64,000 nucleotides of DNA. Origin: Oscillospiraceae bacterium. GTDB taxonomy: Bacteria; Bacillota; Clostridia; Oscillospirales; SIG627. Below the pieces are notes generated by a model that was not told where the DNA came from, did no database searches, and saw only the letters and a list, made by a program, of their open reading frames with translations. How positions within the stretch are numbered: the stretch's first letter is position 1; the number at the start of each line of letters is the position of its first letter. Of the stretch, positions 41,849-50,929 are shown one piece after another. The DNA lies in contig SVTC01000002.1 of the NCBI GenBank assembly GCA_015063985.1, positions 67,475 to 131,474 of the forward strand, read 5' to 3'. The position numbers and the translations under genes were made by a program.

Positions 41849-42712
41849 TTATTTTACCATAAGTGCGGAATATATCTCGCTTTTCGGAAGCTTGCGATCC
41901 TTGGCGACTGCTTTTACAGCATCCATTTTGGAAAGTCCCTGATCCAGATAGATCTGCAGGTGCTCGTCTAAGCTGATAGAGGAATAATCGTCCTTCAGTT
42001 CATCTAAAGCTGCTCCCTCAACGACCAGAACGAACTCTCCCTTGGGCTCTCTTTGGGAAAAGAGCTCTGCGGCTTCCTTTAATGAAAGGCGGATAACCTC
42101 CTCGTTGAGCTTTGTCAGCTCTCGGCAAAGTGATATTTTTCTGTCCTCGCCGAAGCTTTGCAGTAAGGAGTCAAGGGTCTTTCGCAGCCTGTGGGGCGCC
42201 TCGTAAAAGATCATTGTGCGATCCTCTGTCTTTAAAGCGTCCAAACGTTTTTTGCGCCCGGAATTATCCGTAGGCAGAAAGCCTTCAAAGCAGAATCTTG
42301 CAGTGGCAAGAGCGGACAGACTTAAGGCACACACTGCGGCGCAGGCGCCGGGAACGGCAACGACATCTATTCCCTCCATGGCGCACTTTTTAACAACGTC
42401 CTCACCGGGATCACTGATGGCGGGGGTGCCTGCATCGGTGACCAAGGCAACGCTACGCATTACTTTAAGCTCGTTTATGATCTTTTCTCCTGCCATCTTG
42501 CAGTTATGCTCGTGATAACTGATAAGAGGCTTTTTTATTTCGAAGCGATTTAATAGCTTTAAGGTTACTCGGGTATCCTCCGCGGCGATAAGATCTACGT
42601 TGGATAAAAGGCTTATCGCTCTTTGGCTGAGGTCTCCGAGATTGCCGATGGGGGTGGCGACCAGATACAGTACGCCACCCTTGGGCTCATTTGTCAGAAC
42701 TGTGCTTCCCAT
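41849..42712 (-). CDS. rsmI: 16S rRNA (cytidine1402-2'-O)-methyltransferase
   Basis: LYLVATPIGNL, AAEDTR, DAGTPAISDPG, FYEAPHR, RELTK. Confidence 0.95.
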   Translation of the reverse strand: MGSTVLTNEPKGGVLYLVATPIGNLGDLSQRAISLLSNVDLIAAEDTRVTLKLLNRFEIKKPLISYHEHNCKMAGEKIINELKVMRSVALVTDAGTPAISDPGEDVVKKCAMEGIDVVAVPGACAAVCALSLSALATARFCFEGFLPTDNSGRKKRLDALKTEDRTMIFYEAPHRLRKTLDSLLQSFGEDRKISLCRELTKLNEEVIRLSLKEAAELFSQREPKGEFVLVVEGAALDELKDDYSSISLDEHLQIYLDQGLSKMDAVKAVAKDRKLPKSEIYSALMVK

Positions 42713-44400
42713 GTGAATTCGCCGGGATCGTCGGAGGTAAAGGGCATTTGGATCTTAACGGTCTTGTAGGAGCCATACCAAGCGCTTGAGCTGTCGATGA
42801 GTATTTTGTTTACGCTGTTGTTAACTCTGCTGTTGCAGCCGTCTTCGGTGTTTTCGGGAAGCAGGGAGATCTTGGGCTTTAACATATTGAAGAAGGTCAT
42901 ATCAACGTTGTAGCCGTGGTGGGGAAGCTGGAAGATATCGCACTTGAGGACGCTTTCGTCGTAGGCATCGTTGCAGTAGTTAAATTCACCAACGGACATA
43001 TCACCGCTTACCAGAAGGATCTGGCCGTCGATATAGAACTTCATAAGAAGGCTGGAATCGTTAAAATCGTTGAAGTTGTTGGGGATAACGTCTTCCTGGC
43101 TGCAGAGGAACTCGACCTTGATGTCGCCAAGATACATCGTGTCGCCTGTGTGGGGCTTTATGACCTCGGAGGACTCGTAGAAGCCCTTGATGGTGTTTCT
43201 CACGTTCTTGGTCTGACCGATGCAATCGGGCTCGAACTGCTCGTAAATGGAATCGCTGGGGAAGTTGAAAATGAAGCGGTCAACGGTGATGGCGCTTGTT
43301 TTGCCGATGGATGAGAGTCCGTACAGAGCATAGCTGTGGTCGGGGTGAGCATGGGTCATTATCCAAGCGGCAACGTGGGGCTTTTGTCCCTCGGGAGTAA
43401 GGCTCTGGAGGAATTTTACTAAGTTTGCACTTTCGCTTGTCTGCGCGCCGTCGATGATTATAAAGCTGCCGTCCTTAAGCTGGATCACCATGGAAAGACC
43501 GAAGTTCTTGGTCTCCAGCATATAAACGTCATTGGTCTTGGTAGTGTCTACCACTTGAGGCTCTTGGGGAAGCAGTGAGGTATATTCACCGAAGACGATC
43601 TTTGTCTGACCCCAATCGCTGTGGTGGGTAATGTGTATCTCAACGTTGTCCTTGATGTACTTTGCAAAGGAGTTGTTTCCGATGGTGTTGGAGCTGTGCA
43701 GGGTGTAGCCTTGGGAGGTAAGCTTCTGGGCATATGCATCCACGTCTGCTTTCTCGGTGTGGAGATAGCTCATAAGATAATAGCCGTCGCCGCAGTCGGT
43801 AACTCTGGGATCCTCATCTGTGGGAGTTTCGAAGGCGGGAATGTCGATGATCGCCATTTCGGCATCGGCAATGTATTCAAGCTCGCCGGGGACCGCCAAG
43901 GTCCCTGATTTTACGGAGGTCATATAGTTCTTTCTGAACCAGTTGCAGGCAATGGGAAGGTTCTCTTCAATTCCTGCGCCTATAGCTATACATCCGTCCT
44001 TGATGATAACGCCTACCTGAAACATATCAAGCTTGCTGTAAAGCTCCTTGGAAAGCTCTCTTGAGGTGTTACCGATGATGATCTCGGTCTTACCCGGCGT
44101 TTTATTCATAACATCAAACTTAAGGCTGAGTCTTGTGCCCTTGACCTTTTTTGCAAGAGCGCTCATAAATTCGTTTGCTGCCTTTTCCTCTTGCCACTGA
44201 ACCTTTGTGTTCACGATGATGTCGGTAGTGCATTCGCCGTCCTTAAACAGATAAATATCCGGAACCTTGGGCGCAGAGGAGCTCTGATCCTGAGTGCCGT
44301 TGTTGTTCTGAGGCGGTGTTGCGGTTCCTGTGGGATCGGCGGCAGTGCAAGAGCAAAGCACAGCCATAACACACAGTATAAGTGCGATGAATTTTTTCAT
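42694..44400 (-). CDS. Lipoprotein with ComEC/Rec2-like metallo-beta-lactamase domain
   Basis: Lipobox LCSC, low-complexity linker, IIIDG, THAHPDH, NDSS, GD, QLPHHG. Confidence 0.8.
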   Translation of the reverse strand: MKKFIALILCVMAVLCSCTAADPTGTATPPQNNNGTQDQSSSAPKVPDIYLFKDGECTTDIIVNTKVQWQEEKAANEFMSALAKKVKGTRLSLKFDVMNKTPGKTEIIIGNTSRELSKELYSKLDMFQVGVIIKDGCIAIGAGIEENLPIACNWFRKNYMTSVKSGTLAVPGELEYIADAEMAIIDIPAFETPTDEDPRVTDCGDGYYLMSYLHTEKADVDAYAQKLTSQGYTLHSSNTIGNNSFAKYIKDNVEIHITHHSDWGQTKIVFGEYTSLLPQEPQVVDTTKTNDVYMLETKNFGLSMVIQLKDGSFIIIDGAQTSESANLVKFLQSLTPEGQKPHVAAWIMTHAHPDHSYALYGLSSIGKTSAITVDRFIFNFPSDSIYEQFEPDCIGQTKNVRNTIKGFYESSEVIKPHTGDTMYLGDIKVEFLCSQEDVIPNNFNDFNDSSLLMKFYIDGQILLVSGDMSVGEFNYCNDAYDESVLKCDIFQLPHHGYNVDMTFFNMLKPKISLLPENTEDGCNSRVNNSVNKILIDSSSAWYGSYKTVKIQMPFTSDDPGEFTWEAQF

Positions 44401-44415
44401 TATTCTCTCTCCTTT

Positions 44416-46308
44416 TTAACTTTTATAAATGTACGAAAGCGGATTAACTGCAGTACCGTTGGGCTTTCGTAATTCAAAATGGAAGTGCGGACCGGTGGTA
44501 TAACCGGTATTGCCCGAATAGCCGATAAGCTGACCCTGCTTAACTCGATCGCCCTTCTTTACGCAAAACTCGTCCAGATGGGCGTAATAGGTCTCGTAGC
44601 CGTTATCGTGCTTTATTCGGATAAGATTTCCGAAGGTGGAGTAGCTTTCCGCAAATACTACCTCACCGGAAAGCGAGGCGTATATTTTTGAACGCATCGG
44701 AGCTTCGATGTCAAGTCCGTTATGGAAATCGTCGTTCTTTCCGTCTCCGTTCATATCTCTCCAGCCAAAATAAGAATTAATGGAGCTTTGTCTGGGCAGA
44801 ATGAATACCTTCAGGCTGTTATTAACGTTTTCCTCCGGCAGAGGCTTGGTTCCCACCTTTACTATCTGCGCGGTGGGAGAAGCGAATATCTGAGAGCTTA
44901 CCGTTGATTTGGAGATCTGCTCTCCGTTGACGTAGGTATATCTTGTGGTCATGACCGCTTTTCCGTTTTTGCCCTTGACCGATATCTCCTCGCCGCCTAC
45001 GTAGATATCAGGATCGTTTTCTCTGACGGTTTCAAAGGGAAGATCGCCAACGGTGGTTATATCAACGTAGTAGCTGAAGGTAATGACCGTTCCGTCCATT
45101 TTATCGGGTATGGTGTTTGGACTGTCGTCGTAATAAAAATGAGTATTGGTAAAATCGGTATTGTACGCCGCGATCTTAGCCTTGTCATAGGCTTTTTTTC
45201 CGAGACTCGTGCAGAATCCCGCGCCAAGCCTACTGCAGGTGCCGTATATTGGAGTGTTTATTCTGTTTAGCACGTTAAGAAGGGAATATTCCGAGGAACC
45301 GTAAAGCAAAAACTCTGTCAGACCCTCGGTGTTAAGAAGCTTTTGCGTGGGGAAGGTTCCGGTTACTGTTCTTATAGAGCTGAAAACCTCCACTGTAAAT
45401 CTGTCGTTTTTGCTTTGCTCAAGAGTCAATGCATCCTCTATTGCTTTCGTTATCTCATTTTCCGTCTTTGTTGCCGCCACAAGCTTATCGTCAACGTAGA
45501 GGCCGTATCCCGGGCGGATATACTCACCCAAGGTGTCCATTAAGGAGTTATAAAGCTGACTTTTTGTAAGGAATTTATCCTTTTCGGAAAAATAATAGCT
45601 TATGTTATATGGGTACTTGAAGCTTCGTCCCAGAACACTGCTGGTTTTTTCCTCCACCTCTTTGACAGTGTCGTCAATAACGTCTATGGACTCAATAAGT
45701 CCAAGCTCTATCCCGTTTACCTGGGCGCCCAGAACAATGGGGGTATTGGCAACGCTGACCATATAAGAGAATATCACTATTGCAAAGATCGAAGGTATTA
45801 TCACACCCAGATGTCTTCTTAAAAAGGCAAGATTATCCTTGGTGCTCTTAAGAAGGTTATCCCTTGCATAATTGAAGGAGAAAAAGCGCTTCATAGCACT
45901 GAATGGACGGACTAAGCGCTCGGGCGCATAGCTCAAAAGGTCAAAAAGAAGCTTCCAGCCTACGTGGTACACGGTTTTTTCCGCTGCCTCTCCCCAACCC
46001 TGAGGATGCTTGGGGATATCCCCGAGATCTACCTTTACCCTTCGGATGCTTTCGTGATATCTGCAGCATACGCTGATGTAAAAGGCGGCAAAATATCTGT
46101 TAAAGACTCCGACCTGCTCTTTATCAAGGCTATCTGCCAATTGAGAAAAGCTTTTTTCACCGTCTCCGCGCTTTAGGGCTTTTACAAAACGAAGGGGCAA
46201 CAGGGCACAATATTTTAAGGTATTATAAAAACCGATGAAGATCTGTGTTACTCTTTCTACCGTATTTATACTGCCACCCCCTATGATAAACTCATATAAT
46301 TTTATCAT
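44416..46308 (-). CDS. Membrane-anchored G5 + M23 family peptidase
   Basis: TM segment, G5-like KGKNG...IVKVGTK, HNGLD, YYAHL, TGPHFHFE. Confidence 0.85.
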   Translation of the reverse strand: MIKLYEFIIGGGSINTVERVTQIFIGFYNTLKYCALLPLRFVKALKRGDGEKSFSQLADSLDKEQVGVFNRYFAAFYISVCCRYHESIRRVKVDLGDIPKHPQGWGEAAEKTVYHVGWKLLFDLLSYAPERLVRPFSAMKRFFSFNYARDNLLKSTKDNLAFLRRHLGVIIPSIFAIVIFSYMVSVANTPIVLGAQVNGIELGLIESIDVIDDTVKEVEEKTSSVLGRSFKYPYNISYYFSEKDKFLTKSQLYNSLMDTLGEYIRPGYGLYVDDKLVAATKTENEITKAIEDALTLEQSKNDRFTVEVFSSIRTVTGTFPTQKLLNTEGLTEFLLYGSSEYSLLNVLNRINTPIYGTCSRLGAGFCTSLGKKAYDKAKIAAYNTDFTNTHFYYDDSPNTIPDKMDGTVITFSYYVDITTVGDLPFETVRENDPDIYVGGEEISVKGKNGKAVMTTRYTYVNGEQISKSTVSSQIFASPTAQIVKVGTKPLPEENVNNSLKVFILPRQSSINSYFGWRDMNGDGKNDDFHNGLDIEAPMRSKIYASLSGEVVFAESYSTFGNLIRIKHDNGYETYYAHLDEFCVKKGDRVKQGQLIGYSGNTGYTTGPHFHFELRKPNGTAVNPLSYIYKS

Positions 46309-46336
46309 ATTTTGCTCATTTTGTCAACCTGAGAAG

Positions 46337-46561
46337 TTTTCCCCATCTTGTGAAAAAGACTGTGGAAAAAGTATGAGTTGGTGGAAAAACTTTTTGTAAA
46401 AATATGGCCGTTTTTGGGTTTTTCACAGCTTTGAAATCCTCGAAAAGTCCTTGAAACGTGGGTTTTTCACCGATGTTTTCCACAGTTTGGGGAAAAGTGT
46501 TTTCTTAAATGAGTAAAAGTGGAAAAGGGAGTTTTCCCCCAAGAGAGCTCGGATTTTCACT
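46337..46561. promoter_or_regulatory. Dense DnaA-box-like cluster
   Basis: About 11 TTTTCCAC-like 9-mers in both orientations, including perfect TTTTCCACA copies at 46361 (-) and 46476 (+). Confidence 0.7.
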
Positions 46562-46610
46562 GTATTTTGGCTTTGGCATATAATGATAAAAAATCCAAAA
46601 GGAGTAAAAT

Positions 46611-48968
46611 ATGAGCGCAGATCTTAGAGTTGCTCTTTCGGCGGCAGACGAGGCTTTTCCCGTAACGGGAAGCACGGTTACCGTTCTGAGCCTTGACGGC
46701 AGAGAGCTTTACAGCGAAATCGTTTCAAGTGAAAGCGAAGGAAGATCGGGTCCCTTCAGGCTTTTTACACCCGATATTTCCTCAGATGAGCCCGATGATG
46801 GCGGTCCCAAGCCCTACTCAAAATACACGGTTACAATAAAAAGCAAAAGATATTACAACATTCGTATTGAGGGCGTTCAAATGTTTGACGGCTTCGATTC
46901 GACCCTGCCCGTGTGGATGATCCCTCTGCCCGAGGAGGGAGTGGACCCGGATGCTTACCCCGAAAAGCTCTACGTCATCGGTGACAACGTGCTGAATTCG
47001 TCTTCTCCCCGTCCAGATTCCCAAACTCAGCCCGACTCCTACCTTCCCGCTATTCTGGAAAGCGTATACGTCCCCTCCCGAATAAGGGTCCACCTGGGTG
47101 CGCCGGATTCCGATGCCCAAAACGTCAGTGTAAGCTTTCCCGACTACATCAAAAACGTTGCCTCAAGCGAGATCTATCCCACCTGGCCGGAGGAATCTCT
47201 TCGCGCCAATATCATTGCACAGATATCTCTTGCTCTTAACAGGATCTTCACAGAGTGGTATCCATCCCGCGGCTATAATTTTGATATTACTAACTCCACT
47301 GCCTACGATCAGTATTTTGTGTACGGCAGAAATATTTTCGACAGTGTAAGCCGTATAGTGGACGAGATATTCTCCACTTACCTTCGCCGCCCCGGCAGAA
47401 TTGAACCCTTTTTTGCCGAATACTGCAACGGTACCAGCGTTTCCTGCGCGGGTATGAGCCAATGGGGCACGGTCTCCCTCGCTCAGCAGGGGCTTGATGC
47501 CGAAAGTATTCTCCAATTCTACTACGGTGACGTTGAAACAGTGGTAACGGATGACGTGCGTCAAATAGAGGAAAGCTATCCCGGCTTCCCTCTCAGAGTA
47601 GGCTCCTCCGGTGATGACGTTCGTACTCTCCAGGAGCAGCTCAACAGAGTTGCCATAAACTACCCGTCTGTCGGCCTTACTCCCTCTGACGGTATCTTCG
47701 GCGAAGACACAAGGCGCTCGGTTATTAATTTCCAGCGGCTTTTCGTGCTCTCTCCCGACGGTGTTGTGGGCAGAGCTACCTGGTACAGACTGAGTTATAT
47801 TTATGCCGCCATTAAAAAGCTTGCCGAGCTTACCAGCGAGGGACAGAGGGAGGAATACAATACCACCCAATACCCCGGCTTTATTCTCAGGCGCGGCTCC
47901 CGCGGCAGTGAGGTACAGCAGATACAGTTTTATCTCTCCCGCATAGCACTGTTCAATCCCGCTATTGCCGAGGTGAAGATCGACGGCATCTACGGACTTA
48001 CCACTCAAAATGCAGTTCTTGCCTTCCAGCGATATTACGGCTTGGAGGTTGACGGAGTTGTGGGTAAAAGCACCTGGGATAAGATCGCGTCTGTATATTT
48101 GGGGACTGAGGATTCTCCCGAAGCGCCTGCCCGTGTCCGTCCGTATCCGGGTACTCCCGTTTCCTCTGGCTCACGCGGTGAAAACGCAAAATACGTTCAG
48201 ATACTTTTAAACTACGTTACCTCAGCCTTTCCGGGATTGAAAAAGGTCGTGGCAGACGGAGTTTTCGGGCGGCTCAGCGTGGATGCTCTCAAGGATTTTC
48301 AATCCCTTTTCGGACTCAGCGCAGACGGCGTTGCCGGCAGGCTTACCTGGGACGTTCTTAACAGAGTTTATCTCGCCGTTTCCAAAAACTGCATAGAGTC
48401 CGCTCCCAACGCCTCTGATATCAAGCCTTATCCCGGCTACGTTATCTACGTTGGCTCCGCAGGAAGCAACGTGCGATATATTCAGAATATTCTTAGGACC
48501 ATCAGTAATATTTTCGTTCCCCTTGGACCGATATCCGTGGACGGTGTTTTCGGCAGGTCCACTCAGAATAAAATAAAGACCTTCCAATCCCTTTTCGGTC
48601 TTTCCTCCGACGGAAGCGTGGGCAAAATTACTTGGGACAAGCTGAATCGCATTTACAGCGCCGTTCTTGCAGGCTGCTTTGCACCCGCAAGGCTTGATGC
48701 TTCGGCTCTGACTACTCTCTCTCCCGTTGATTCTTTGCCGCCGCTTCCTCTCTTCAGAGGCTCGCCTATTTGTGTCGGAGCCTTCGGTGAGTCAGTTCTT
48801 GAATTCAAGCGCTTATTCCTGTTTAAGACGGGCATTTCCTTAGGGGATTCCGCTTTATTTGGCTTGAAAAGCGCCGCAATATTGAGAAAATTTCAGCTCG
48901 ACCATTCCTTAGAGCCTACTGCTATCCTTGATGAAGCTACTTTTTCATATCTCTATGAAGAAGTATAA
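46611..48968 (+). CDS. SleC-like spore cortex-lytic protein (SpoIID/LytB domain + multiple PG-binding repeats)
   Basis: DYIKNVASSEIYPTWP...NRIFTEWYPSRGYNFDIT; four YPG..L..GS.G..V..Q...DG.VG..TW repeats plus a degenerate fifth. Confidence 0.82.
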   Translation: MSADLRVALSAADEAFPVTGSTVTVLSLDGRELYSEIVSSESEGRSGPFRLFTPDISSDEPDDGGPKPYSKYTVTIKSKRYYNIRIEGVQMFDGFDSTLPVWMIPLPEEGVDPDAYPEKLYVIGDNVLNSSSPRPDSQTQPDSYLPAILESVYVPSRIRVHLGAPDSDAQNVSVSFPDYIKNVASSEIYPTWPEESLRANIIAQISLALNRIFTEWYPSRGYNFDITNSTAYDQYFVYGRNIFDSVSRIVDEIFSTYLRRPGRIEPFFAEYCNGTSVSCAGMSQWGTVSLAQQGLDAESILQFYYGDVETVVTDDVRQIEESYPGFPLRVGSSGDDVRTLQEQLNRVAINYPSVGLTPSDGIFGEDTRRSVINFQRLFVLSPDGVVGRATWYRLSYIYAAIKKLAELTSEGQREEYNTTQYPGFILRRGSRGSEVQQIQFYLSRIALFNPAIAEVKIDGIYGLTTQNAVLAFQRYYGLEVDGVVGKSTWDKIASVYLGTEDSPEAPARVRPYPGTPVSSGSRGENAKYVQILLNYVTSAFPGLKKVVADGVFGRLSVDALKDFQSLFGLSADGVAGRLTWDVLNRVYLAVSKNCIESAPNASDIKPYPGYVIYVGSAGSNVRYIQNILRTISNIFVPLGPISVDGVFGRSTQNKIKTFQSLFGLSSDGSVGKITWDKLNRIYSAVLAGCFAPARLDASALTTLSPVDSLPPLPLFRGSPICVGAFGESVLEFKRLFLFKTGISLGDSALFGLKSAAILRKFQLDHSLEPTAILDEATFSYLYEEV

Positions 48969-49125
48969 GTAAGAAAAAAGAAAAAGCCGACTTTTAGAGC
49001 GTCACGCTAAAGGACAGTTTGGGGAAATACGGCATATCTCGAAAGAGGTATGCCGTGTTTTGCGTTTGTGGACACAAATGCAGTGCTTGTCAGGAAAATT
49101 GACAAGTTATAGGTGAACATAAAAA

Positions 49126-49382
49126 GGCTCCCTCCGGGAGGGAGCTCCCGACGGAGTCGGGTGAGGGAGAGCGCGTTACAATAAGGTTTATCTAAATTTA
49201 AGTCACGCAGGCTCCTTCCGTCACGCTACGCAGCGAACCCCCAAAGCTCATTTCATTCGCTTCGGGGAACCCCTGCCGTGTGCCACCGTCTCGCTACGGC
49301 TCGGTCACGCTCGGGCTCTGACACCACACCGTGGTGTCATTCACTACCCTCGCGCCGCTTCGCTACCTCCCGGAGGAAGGCT
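49126..49382. repeat. GC-rich composite REP/MITE-like element, copy 2 (with ~75-bp nested insert)
   Basis: Matches 41331-41513 except for an extra palindromic segment at ~49288-49365. Confidence 0.85.
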
Positions 49383-49426
49383 TTTTTACCTCCCGGAAGG
49401 TAATGGAATAAACTTCTCGAAATATG

Positions 49427-49455
49427 TTTACAAATCGCAAAAAATGTGATATAAT
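49427..49455 (+). promoter_or_regulatory. SigA-type promoter in cassette 2
   Basis: TTTACA-17 bp-TATAAT with extended -10 TG. Confidence 0.72.
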
Positions 49456-49461
49456 AGTTAT

Positions 49462-49675
49462 GCCAAACAAATTTAATAGTAGAATTAGCGGTATCTTTTT
49501 CTTTATGGGATAATTATACCCTTTTTTCGCCATAATCATTTTTAGAATTTGGTAAAAGCGCAAATTCCGAGTAGTGATTATGGTAGAGATACTCTAATTC
49601 TATTAAATTTGTTTGGCGACAATCGGAGTTGGCGTTTTTCGGAGCGTTGACTACGGTTGACGCTCTTTTTATTTT
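49462..49675 (+). ncRNA. Candidate structured RNA/leader (long hairpin + terminator)
   Basis: GCCAAACAAATTTAATAG pairs with CTATTAAATTTGTTTGGC; inner stems; terminator-like GAGCGTTGAC-tacg-GTTGACGCTC plus T-tract. Confidence 0.5.
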
Positions 49676-49703
49676 ATATTTATCTTTTGAAGGGAAAAAT
49701 GAG

Positions 49704-50171
49704 ATGAAAAAAATTGTATCACTTGCACTTGTTCTTAGCACGTTACTGTGTGCATTCACTTTGACTTCTTGCGGTTCGAATAAAAAAGAAGAAGTATTTT
49801 ATAATCTTGTGGACGAAACAAAGGAATTACTTGATATTGTAGCAGATGATATTTATTCATACTGGTATGATTGTATTTATGAAGATAAGTATCTTGATAA
49901 CATTTCTTATGCTGTTGCCTGTGCAAAAAGCGATAACGAAGAAAACATTAATACCATTGAGGAAAACACTACAAAAATCAAGGATCTCTACAAGGAAATA
50001 AAAGATGGAAAATTACGCTCTGAAGCAAAAGCTGTAATGCAAGCATATAATGATTACTATACTTTAATTGTTGAAGTTAGTGGCTCATTCAATTCGTATT
50101 CCGCAAGTAAAGAAACTTATAAAAAAGAACTTGCCAGCGCAATAGACGATTTTTATTTTGAGCTTAATTGA
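49704..50171 (+). CDS. Hypothetical lipoprotein (helical)
   Basis: Signal peptide MKKIVSLALV...LTSC; AT-rich codons; start ATG 49704. Confidence 0.8.
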   Translation: MKKIVSLALVLSTLLCAFTLTSCGSNKKEEVFYNLVDETKELLDIVADDIYSYWYDCIYEDKYLDNISYAVACAKSDNEENINTIEENTTKIKDLYKEIKDGKLRSEAKAVMQAYNDYYTLIVEVSGSFNSYSASKETYKKELASAIDDFYFELN

Positions 50172-50350
50172 TTATAGATTGCAAAATCGATAAGAACACT
50201 TTCTTATCCGCTTTTGATTTTGCGTCAAAACAAAAAAAGGACGAGGAATTTCAATAATTCTTCGTCCTTTTCCTGTCGGTAGGTAACATATTCTATTAAT
50301 TTTCAAAAACCGTCCTTAAGAGTACGTCCCATTTTAGTCGGCTTTTATTA

Positions 50351-50929
50351 TTATACGTTCTTTAAGTAAGGCACAAGAGCTGAGTAGCAGACCTTGAAGA
50401 CGTGCACGCGAGTGTCCTCGTTGTTTTCAACGTCTCCGTTGAAAACCTTGACTGCGAAATCCAAAACTGTATTAAGTACGTGATTTATAAGCATCCACAC
50501 GTTTGCCTTGGGCTTGAATAAGGGAGTGAGCTTCTCCACTACTCCGCCAAATCTGTGGGCATGCTCTTCAAAGGAATGCTTCTTGAAGTAGGGAGAATAA
50601 TAATAGCGGATAAAAGCAAGACATTTATTCTGATTTCCCAATACAAAGCTCCATAGCTTGCAGAAGCTCAAATAGAATGCCTCCTCGGAATGCTCCTTAT
50701 CCGCTACAAGGTTGATGCTATCTTCGATGCATTTAAGAAGCTCATCATCAAGAAAGGAAAACGTATTCTTAAACAGATCCTCTTTGTCCAGAAAAACTCT
50801 ATAAATATACGCCTCATTGATCTTTGCACCGCCTGCAACTACCTTTGTGGTAGTTTTGTCTATACCGAGAGTTCCTATTGCATTTACTGTACTGTCTAAC
50901 AATGCAACTCTCATTTCGTCCAGTGTCAT
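50351..50929 (-). CDS. TetR/AcrR family regulator
   Basis: GIDKTTTKVVA..AKINEAYIYRVFLDKEDLF HTH; GGAGG SD. Confidence 0.88.
   Translation of the reverse strand: MTLDEMRVALLDSTVNAIGTLGIDKTTTKVVAGGAKINEAYIYRVFLDKEDLFKNTFSFLDDELLKCIEDSINLVADKEHSEEAFYLSFCKLWSFVLGNQNKCLAFIRYYYSPYFKKHSFEEHAHRFGGVVEKLTPLFKPKANVWMLINHVLNTVLDFAVKVFNGDVENNEDTRVHVFKVCYSALVPYLKNV

Larger units (their letters stand above)
48996..50331. mobile_element. Non-autonomous TIR cassette 2, inserted in a terminator loop
   Basis: Flanks AAAAGCCGAC-TTTT | TTTT-AGTCGGCTTTT; subterminal ACGCTAAAGGACAGTTT vs (reverse complement) ACTCTTAAGGACGGTTT, 14/17 in register; no transposase. Confidence 0.7.

Noticed and set aside
42694-44400. 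Beta-lactamase resistance gene
   Set aside because: Motifs fit the ComEC-like MBL-fold hydrolases rather than class B beta-lactamases.
46337-46561. Second replication origin
   Set aside because: Boxes are present but there is no DnaA-trio run or AT-rich unwinding element, so it is treated as a box cluster.
40297-50331. One large composite transposon or prophage spanning both cassettes
   Set aside because: Each cassette has its own duplication and split terminator, and the intervening genes (rsmI, M23 peptidase, SleC-like) look chromosomal.
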